From contig CP075496.1 in NCBI GenBank assembly GCA_021613535.1, positions 1,612,001 through 1,676,000 of the forward strand: a DNA stretch of 64,000 nt, given 5' to 3'. How positions within the stretch are numbered: the first letter of the stretch is position 1; each line of letters starts with the position of its first letter. Under the pieces are notes generated by a model that had not been told where the DNA came from, ran no database searches, and was given only the letters and a program-made list of their open reading frames with translations. Of the stretch, positions 55,546 to 64,000 are shown piece by piece. The DNA comes from Adineta vaga (Eukaryota; Animalia; Rotifera). The translations under genes and the position numbers were made by a program.

Positions 55546-56499
55546 TTATGATAACGGTAAATTTTCTGGAGAACATTTAAATGTACAGTCACTTGGAAAT
55601 AATAACTTAGCATTCGGTAAGATCTTTTTATATACTTGTCGAAGTGTACTTTCGACAGCTCCAGTTGCATCCTGTAATTCTTTCATAGACGTACGTTCAC
55701 CAAGAGCAGCACATGCCATATAAATGACTGCACCTGCAATTGAATCAGGTGCTCGACTTTGTATATCACAAAGTTCTTTTGCTCGTTCAAGAATATGGAT
55801 CGATGTTTTTGTAACAAGCATTGTGTTTCCAAGTGTAAGTCGATTGCAAAAGCGAGGTATCAAATTTTTACTATCGAGTGCTTCAGGTACAATCGAATTT
55901 AGTAATTTATTCTTGATTCGTTGAAAACATCTACCAATCTCAACTTTTGATGAATCTTTTGCAACTGCACAAATTTCTTTAAGTGTATGTTGTGACTTTT
56001 CTTCTCGACATGCTATATAAATACACGAAGCAATAATTGCATCTTGTGAATGACCTCGTACACATTTTGTTTCATAACATTGCTTGTAAATTAGAAATGC
56101 TCGTTGTATAATTCGACCTGATAAAGAAAGTTTTCCAGCCATTTCTCGAATATCATGATGACCAGTTTTTAACGCTTTATCTACTGATGATATTTGACGT
56201 GATCCATTCTTATATTTTTGTTGACCAAATTCATCAACTGCTCCTGCACCTGTACCTGTTGACATAGTAGTATGCAGATCATCAGTACCGAACAATGCAT
56301 TTTCTGGACCACCGATACGACTCATATTTTTTGAGCCGTCATCATTCGAAAACGTACGCCACTCAGAACCAACATCAACCATTCGTTCCCCAACGACCAG
56401 TCCACATTCTGGACAAATCATATCACCAGCACGAGCATCTTCGATCAATGTCGATCCTGGATGAAATCGACATGCTATTTGCTTTACGTATCGCGTCAT
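55546..56499 (-). CDS. GTF2B: Transcription initiation factor IIB, intronless and divergent
   Basis: Zn ribbon CxxH..GDMICPECGLVVG, B-reader DVGSEWRTFSND, and two cyclin folds (DAIIASCIYIACREE, SIAGAVIYMA). Confidence 0.92.
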   Translation of the reverse strand: MTRYVKQIACRFHPGSTLIEDARAGDMICPECGLVVGERMVDVGSEWRTFSNDDGSKNMSRIGGPENALFGTDDLHTTMSTGTGAGAVDEFGQQKYKNGSRQISSVDKALKTGHHDIREMAGKLSLSGRIIQRAFLIYKQCYETKCVRGHSQDAIIASCIYIACREEKSQHTLKEICAVAKDSSKVEIGRCFQRIKNKLLNSIVPEALDSKNLIPRFCNRLTLGNTMLVTKTSIHILERAKELCDIQSRAPDSIAGAVIYMACAALGERTSMKELQDATGAVESTLRQVYKKILPNAKLLFPSDCTFKCSPENLPLS

Positions 56500-56971
56500 T
56501 GATGTCTATTCATATTTTTTATCGAGAATGTAAAAAGCACGTTATTCTCATTGTTGTTACACTTTCATTTTTCTTTCCTTTCCTTTCAACACGCTATAGG
56601 TAAAGACAGACCAGACTGCTCTTTAATATTGAAATATTCCAACATTCATCTGACGGGACTTTCCAACAAGATTTTAACAAAAAAAAAATTAATTTTTTCC
56701 AATGTTGTATTTCAAGAAATTGATTGAATATCTGATCTTAAGATTTCCTAGTACAAAGCAATTCAATGAAAAGATACAAAAATATTTTATGACAATCACT
56801 CATGAGATATTTTTCTTCCGTCTTTCGAAATACAAGCTATGCATGAGTCATATTTCACAATGTTAGGTAATTTCGCAATCAATCAAATCATTACTCTCTT
56901 CTTCATGAAACACAAAATGAAATGAGTGTAGACAGTGAAAAGAAAAGAGAATTGAGTTTGATAGTTTGATT

Positions 56972-57164
56972 AACGCTTTACGGCCTTTTAGGCCCAGATC
57001 AAAGTGTAGTATCTGTTCTCGTCGGTTTGAAAGCCGGCGCTGATCTCATAAAGATCAGGCTCTTTCAAGCAGATTTTTGGAGCAGACCATGTTCATCTGG
57101 GTTGACTCGGATGTTTCATGTGTCGGATTGCCTCGGCACTGCAATGCCGTCGAGTGTGGTCCAC
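56972..57164 (+). ncRNA. U2: U2 spliceosomal snRNA (divergent)
   Basis: cggccttttaggc..agatcaaaGTGTAGTAtctgttct branch-point recognition region; stem IIa gtcggt/gccggc, stem IIb ctgatct/agatcag, IIc ttgaaag/ctttcaa; Sm site gatttttgg; stem IV ggca-ctgcaa-tgcc. Confidence 0.93.
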
Positions 57165-58688
57165 TCTCGTGTTCTTCGGGACACGGGAATCATAATAAAA
57201 TTAATATTGAAAATATATAGATAGGTGTAAATAAAGTGTTTATAGTTTTTGACTTTCCGACTACATGAGGGTACGATTACTTTTCATTACTTGTAACGCA
57301 AATAATTTTAGAAAGGCGCTCTTTACATTTGGTGATATAATCAAATAAGATTGTCAGGACAAAGATGTAATCTCTCCAATGAATTAAACGTATCAAATGC
57401 ATTTCCATAGCCAAAACAATCAATGTTGAGGATATCTTGTGTGGTATTCATCATCAAAATACGCAATATGTTCTATCTTCTTCATGTTACTTTTAACTTA
57501 TAAATATCAACAGTCATATTGCAGCTAGATAACAATGTCACTATGCGGAAAAGTAAATACGATCTGCCAAATTATGCGATTATGAATAAAACAGTTAAAT
57601 CTAAAAACAGATTGGAGGGGGCTATGAAACGAGATAAGACTATTTCAAATATGATCATGAAGCTTTTCAAAAAGAAACAAAATTCAAACATCGAAGAATA
57701 TATGATCGACTCGATTAATGAATTTTATTGATTGAAAAAGATCAAGATATAAAGCGAGCACTCTATACAACCAATAAAGAGAGAAATAGGTGTGACGGAG
57801 AGATCAAAATCGATACAATTGTTCTTCAGAATACTGGACACAATACGATATGTTTCATCTTCCAAAAACAAGAAATCGATAGCTTCAATATTCCATAGTA
57901 AATAAGATTCCAACTAGTACCAAGAGTCAAATTTGTTTTTGACATATTATTTCCTTCTAATGATACAACAGTTGTATCACGTTCTTTAGAATCAGGATCT
58001 GATATTCCTTGCTTACATACTTAGTTTTCAGATCATCATCACATCGTATGCAACTGTTCAATTTTTCTGTGTCGATGCTCACCTTTATTATTATAGAAAA
58101 AAACTCATCTCACTCGTCTTATGCTAATATCAATGAATAAATTTCAAGATATGTAATGAAAAATTGAAAACAACATATTATTCATCAATCGCACGATTCA
58201 CTAGATGGGCAACTATTATGAAGCATGCATTTTAAATAGATTCAAAGAAACGCGTCGGTATTTGTTTTCGGTTCCTACAAGAAACACAATGTGTTCTTTG
58301 TAAAAGAAAAAGAATTCCTAAAATTCGAACTAAACAATTGATATTTAAGTTTCCATTTTATCATCATATGAACATTAAAGACAATGGCATTGATTAATAA
58401 GAAAACGTTTTCTAATTACTTAGTTTACAAGTCTTGGACGTGTTTATTTTTAACTAATCGAAGATTGTTACATGTTACTCATGAAAATATGTTTTTAATA
58501 AAGTTTTATCTTGCTTTTCTTTTTCTAGTATCAAATTCATATGAAACAGATGAATAGATTGTTATTTAGAAAAAATTTGTTAAGCTCTTGTTTTGATTAA
58601 TATATAACGATCTAGAAATGTTTCATATTAAGTAATAGAATGATCCATACCCTCAAGATAGTGAAATATCTTTGTATCTACGAATGCA

Positions 58689-61600
58689 ATGATGAAGAAA
58701 AATGTTCTTCTGTTTCTATCTATTCATTTGTATTTATCAGTACAGATCAGCTCATTTCCATTATATTTCAATGTCGATGAACATGTATTTAAACAATTAC
58801 ATCATACGAACGAAAATATTACTATTGGTGCAACATTTAGTTTACCATCAAAATATAATTGTACCATCTTTCGATGTATCGTTGATTTGAAATTAACTTT
58901 GGAAACAAAGGATCAGTTATCAACTGATCTTTGGTGTGATTCACCAGCTATTGTATCCAAAGAAAAATTATCATGCACATTGAATAATATTGAAGCAAAC
59001 AGAGGAAGTTATCGGCTATCGGCTATTGTACAATTACATAATGCTGGTAGTTTTCTACCGATATATTCTGTTGTATTTCCAAATCATTCGGATGCAAATT
59101 ATGAATGGTCAGGTAAACATATCATTGTTATAAATTCGTTAACAAATGTCATGAAACGTAACAGACGATATTCTATAAATACAGATGATAAAATTCAACG
59201 TAGTATGTTGAAAACTAAAAACCATATTCGTCGATATTAAGGTTATTTTCTTTTTATAGTGATCAATCAGCCATTGCAATTGAATATGTATAGTGGTATG
59301 TTAAATTTCGGTCATACTGCTGATTTTACATGTAATCAAACAAATACATGTCCTGATTATCCAAAAATGGATTTACAAGGTCGTACAACATGTTGTTTTC
59401 CTTTACCTCAAGTATCAAATGCCAAAACAACTCTATCATCGATTATTTATCAACGTGGTGCACAAAATTTAAAAGATTATCAAATAATTGTCGGAAATGA
59501 TCAATCATTCAATGCAGCCAATGATCGAATTGTTTTTCTCAATCAAACTATTCCAACTTCGCAATGTCTTGTTAGATTACCTTTTGATACTATTCAAGAT
59601 AATGATGTACTATTTCGATTAACATGGACATATCATTCAAATTCTGCAAATAATTTGCAATTAGCTACAATGACAAGTACAATAGATGGAATTTTACCAG
59701 TCAATGTTCTTCGTATTACGAGAAATTCTGTATTTATTCAACAAACAGATGAATATAATGAATGGTTCGTCTGTCCACCATCACAAAACGAACGTATATC
59801 TCTTCTAAGATCGATTGCTGTATTATTTGGTGAGAATATTGATTATTTTCGTTGTATTTATGTGAATAAACAAGGTATTCCATTGAAAAATCCTTCAAAT
59901 GATCAATTACTTGTCATGACATCAACAAAAGATGATATTTATGATGATCCTTCGATAACAACATTACCTACTATACATACTGATTGTCTATCTATTCAAT
60001 TTTTTCCAAAAATATCTACAACAATCAATCTTGATTCGATTATTCTTGCAATTACCATTGCATTTCAATTGTTTCCATCCTCAGATATGATTTCAATTAT
60101 ACCACAACAATCCAATTTACAAGGAACATCTCAGATTAATATCGAAGACATAAATACAACAAGTTCATTACCATTTATGCCTGTATTGAACAGCAAATCG
60201 ATGTACCTATGGTATTTGACATGTCAGTTGGAGAATATATCGGTACATTTGTTATACCATCGGAATATCCTCAACAAACAATTCTACATTCGATTACTGT
60301 TACAGGAAGTTCAAACGTATTAAATCCAATTATTGTACGATTAGTCGATCGTCAAGGAAATACATTATCGCAATCATATAATTTATTATCTGGGAAAACT
60401 CTTGAAAGTAATTTAAAAATATCTCTTTCAAAACTCATACTTCAAGCAACGGCTTTACAAGATATTCCCATGGATTTTTTATTACATATGAAAATTGTTC
60501 TCTGTCCCCATAATATACAATCTTCAATTGAAAATAAAATCAATCTAGATCTATCTGTACAAGTATGTGTTTAGTAAAGAGAATTGTATATATATATATA
60601 TATGTTAGAGAAATTGAATGAATTTTTAGTCATCATTAGTGAATAATCAAACTGAACTTTTACCAACATCGGTATCTGATTTATTATTATTATTGTATGA
60701 CATATATCTTCTCTGTCATTTCAGTCACAACAAATACCACCTCAATTGATATCAACTTCTGATACTCCATTCGTAAGATTATAGAGACTATTTTTTTTGT
60801 TTTTCAACAAAAATACAATAGTAAATCTAATAATATGTCAGGTGTCCATCGATCTGTTCAAACAATGGTCAATTCATTCAAGTAACGTTCAATACTCCCT
60901 GTCTATCACAAATTTCTACCAGTGATTTAAATACTTTTATCGATTCTAATATCAATCCTGATGGTCAAGGTATTGATTTTTCATCGAATGTACCTGTAAC
61001 AATTACTATTCAATTGAATTGTTCTATTCAATTGATCTATATGTGTATAATGGGTTCCAATACAAATATCGAACAATTTTCTTATACATTTCAGAATATG
61101 TATAATGATATCATAGGTGACGGTCTTGTGAATTTCTACGAATCAAATGTTTGTTTTCCTGGTGATATAAATATGATTGATCCGTTAACACATATAATTA
61201 TCACTATCTTAAAAACAAAAGATCAACAACCACCACGTAATGTTCAACTTGATTTGCAAGGTTGTTATATATCGTCGGTAAGTCAAAAACATGAATGCCT
61301 TCTGATTTTTGTCAATTCAAAATAAAACTGTTATCTTTAGATATCTCCATTTCCAATACAATCCTTTCAAAATTCAATTACACCTGTAATTGAGTTTCTA
61401 TTATTAGAATATCTGATGTTTCTTTTTCCAAACTATACATAGGCCACCGAAGGAGATAATTGTTTTAATCAAATTCCACTAGACAATCCAGATTATATCT
61501 CTAATATTCAAACATCACATCAATCGATTTGTGATAACCCTCCAAGTGATTTCAATATCAATGCCAATGGATGCCATTTTAATATTCTACCATCATCAGG

Positions 61601-62748
61601 ACCTGTTACATTTTCTATACGATTTAAATCTCCAGTCGTACTTTCAAGTGTTTCAATGGGTATTCGAACAAATGTCAACACATTTATCGTACAATTATTC
61701 GATACTAATGGACAATTAATCACATCGAATGATGACATGACTGGTGCTTATATGTCATCCGTTATCGATGGTATACTTACAGTAAGAGACATACAAGACG
61801 TATTGACTTCTAATATCAATATACAATTGTTGAATACTATTGATGGACGAATACCAACAAGTGTCACTTTAGATCTAGCAGCATGTTTTCCATTTTTAGT
61901 CAATTCAAACGAAGTAAAGAAATAGTTTTCGATTTCGATTCTATGTTCTATTTTCTATTCATTTATTTATTTAGTCTTCTATATCATCAGATGTCTGTCC
62001 ACAAATATCATTAACTACTCATCCCGATGTTCAATTGATTATTTTCAATGATGGTACTAATGTTACTAGGAATCTTGATCCCGATGGTGATGGATGTGAT
62101 CTTATATCAATTGATACTACAATGACTGTACTTTTAACTACTGGTAGATCAGCAACATTTTCATCGATCGGCGTTTCATCACCAAATGTCAATCAGATTG
62201 ATGTTGCACTGTTTGATGAAATTTCAAATCGTCCTTTAATACAATCATCACCACACGGAATAATACGATCAGCACGAACTCTTAATCCAAGTATACAAAA
62301 TTTACCTTTAAATCCAGCCAGTACAATAACTATTACTTTTTTGAGTACAACTGATGGACAACCACCACGCAATGTTAAACTATTAATCTATGCTTGTTTT
62401 CCAACTACGAGTATAACATCGCCATCAGATGAATCAAACAGTTCTCCGGTAAGTAATCGCAGAATCTTCGATGATCTTATCAATTTAATGTATAATTGTC
62501 ATTATATTTAGTATCAAAATCCATCCATTAAACCAATAAATATCTGCATTGATCCTTTTCAACCAGCTCAAGTAACATCCATAGGAAATACGGTACTAGA
62601 TTTTTTTTATCTTCCAATTCCAGTTCTATTCTTCTTCTTCTAGCCATTACCTCCAGCATATTATTCATCAAGTCAATGTGTTTGTATTTGCCAAGATGGT
62701 TTTATCATACCACAATCGAGCGGTGCTATTCAATACGATCGAAAATGA
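58689..62748 (+). CDS. Secreted multi-exon protein with repeated beta-sandwich-like domains ending T-x-D-G-x-x-P-x-x-V-x-L-x-x-x-(A/G)C; one apparent frameshift
   Basis: Signal peptide MMKKNVLLFLSIHLYLSVQISS; repeats TKDQQPPRNVQLDLQGC, TIDGRIPTSVTLDLAAC, TTDGQPPRNVKLLIYAC; Cys-rich tail CVCICQDG. Frame switches near 60150-60170. Confidence 0.65.
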
Positions 62749-63866
62749 CATAAGATACTATTGAATTTGAAAATGAAATAAAATAAATTCGTTTAATATA
62801 TTTATGAATCATGTAGACATAGATGATAACTTTGATCCGAAAGATGTCGATAGAGAACAGTAGAAGTAAAATAATCCTTATATCGTTGCCGAGACAATGC
62901 TCAACCGTCATGTCGGTCGACTTCAATCAGACTTTTACACAGAAGAAAAATTCTCATATCTATTAATCTTCATTTCAATCTCATTTTTTGGTTTTCTCTT
63001 CTTTTTCTTTTTGACAATAATTATTTTCAATTAATATTTTCTTTTCTTCTTTGTTCTCTTTTAAAGATTCGACGACAATTGTGACTATGTTCGTTTTAAT
63101 ATTACTCGAAATTCTATTACCGAAAGAAAACATCACCAAATTTCGAATAATTACCAACTACCAACATGTTAACGTAAGTACACAAAAACCAATGAGAGGG
63201 GAGAAGAAGAAAAACGCAGACTTATTAATCTTTTCTTTTTTCCAAATCAACGAGACATTATTGATGAACATGTTTTTATACATTGAGATGATCAAGGTTA
63301 GGATTTAAATGGAGAGTACAAAACGGATGAGAAGAGAATGAGAGAAAAAAAACGCAACTTTTCTTATATAAATAGAGTAGCAACAGCTACATCTCAAACT
63401 CTCACACCTTCTGTATGTTTTTTTTATTCTTTTTGAATGATCACTTATACAAATTCTTCTCGATCTCTTTCTTTTTTCTTCTTCTTCTTCTTATTCATGT
63501 TGATATTACGTCGATCAAACTCTCTGGATATATAAGTGCAACATCTCTCGTATCCCTATACACACGCATACAACTTCTTTGTCTTTTTGATTTTTTTTCC
63601 TCTTCAAGCTTTTATTATAAATGAACAAGAAGTGCACGTCTATTTAACGCTTTTTGTTTTTTCTGCCGTGTGCCTGATATATAATATATTTGCGTGTGAG
63701 TGTGGATACTAAAGAGAAATGTCTTATAAAAGTCAAGATATAAAACCTTGCCATTAGGTGGTCGGTCAACAAACAAAGAGGAGAAGAAACACGGAAGATT
63801 CATTATTACAATTTAAGCTGATGAGCACCAGCATTTCTATTCGATTGAACACGAACGATATTCAAA

Positions 63867-64000
63867 ATGTATCCAAAAAGTCGACGAAAAAAGCGTACAG
63901 ATAGTTTGCAAGTAACAACTGGCGAACGAAATTCTGATGAAGAAGAAGATGAAGGAGATGATGATGATAATTATCGAATGACTAAAACAAAAACTGTATC
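63867..64000 (+). CDS. Possible 5' part of a gene running off the window
   Basis: Open frame MYPKSRRKKRTDSLQVTTGERNSDEEEDEGDDDDNYRMTKTKTV (basic stretch plus acidic tract) to the window end. Confidence 0.35.
   Translation, partial: MYPKSRRKKRTDSLQVTTGERNSDEEEDEGDDDDNYRMTKTKTV

Noticed and set aside
57300-58300. Possible degraded gene or transposon
   Set aside because: No recognisable motif, termini or consistent reading frame.

Overview
This is AT-rich animal genomic DNA with short (~50-65 nt) GT-AG introns. NHL-repeat genes, a mariner relic, 'TTDGQPP' repeat proteins and bacterial-type genes suggest a bdelloid rotifer (inference). Conserved genes in order: a 5xCUB+LDLa+TM protein (LEV-10/SOL-1/Neto-like), stefin-type cystatin, BBS7, a divergent 7TM receptor, RPL13, ANO10, POU4, C10orf67-like, GABA-B R1, kinesin light chain, SAP130, a CHP-like EF-hand protein, a bacterial-type tandem prenyl-synthase-fold gene, an intronless divergent TFIIB, U2 snRNA and a secreted repeat protein. 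A ~10 kb accessory island (5.6-16 kb) lies between a decayed cystatin duplicate and the intact cystatin. It holds an intact HicB-like antitoxin ORF, a co-oriented HicA-like toxin frame broken by two stop codons (absent from the ORF track), several DNA transposons/Helitrons and an NHL pseudogene. The apparent hicBA toxin-antitoxin pair in an animal genome is the top finding. Also notable: a box C/D snoRNA upstream of the RPL13 CDS predicted to methylate C34 of elongator tRNA-Met. All family assignments come from motif recognition, not database searches.
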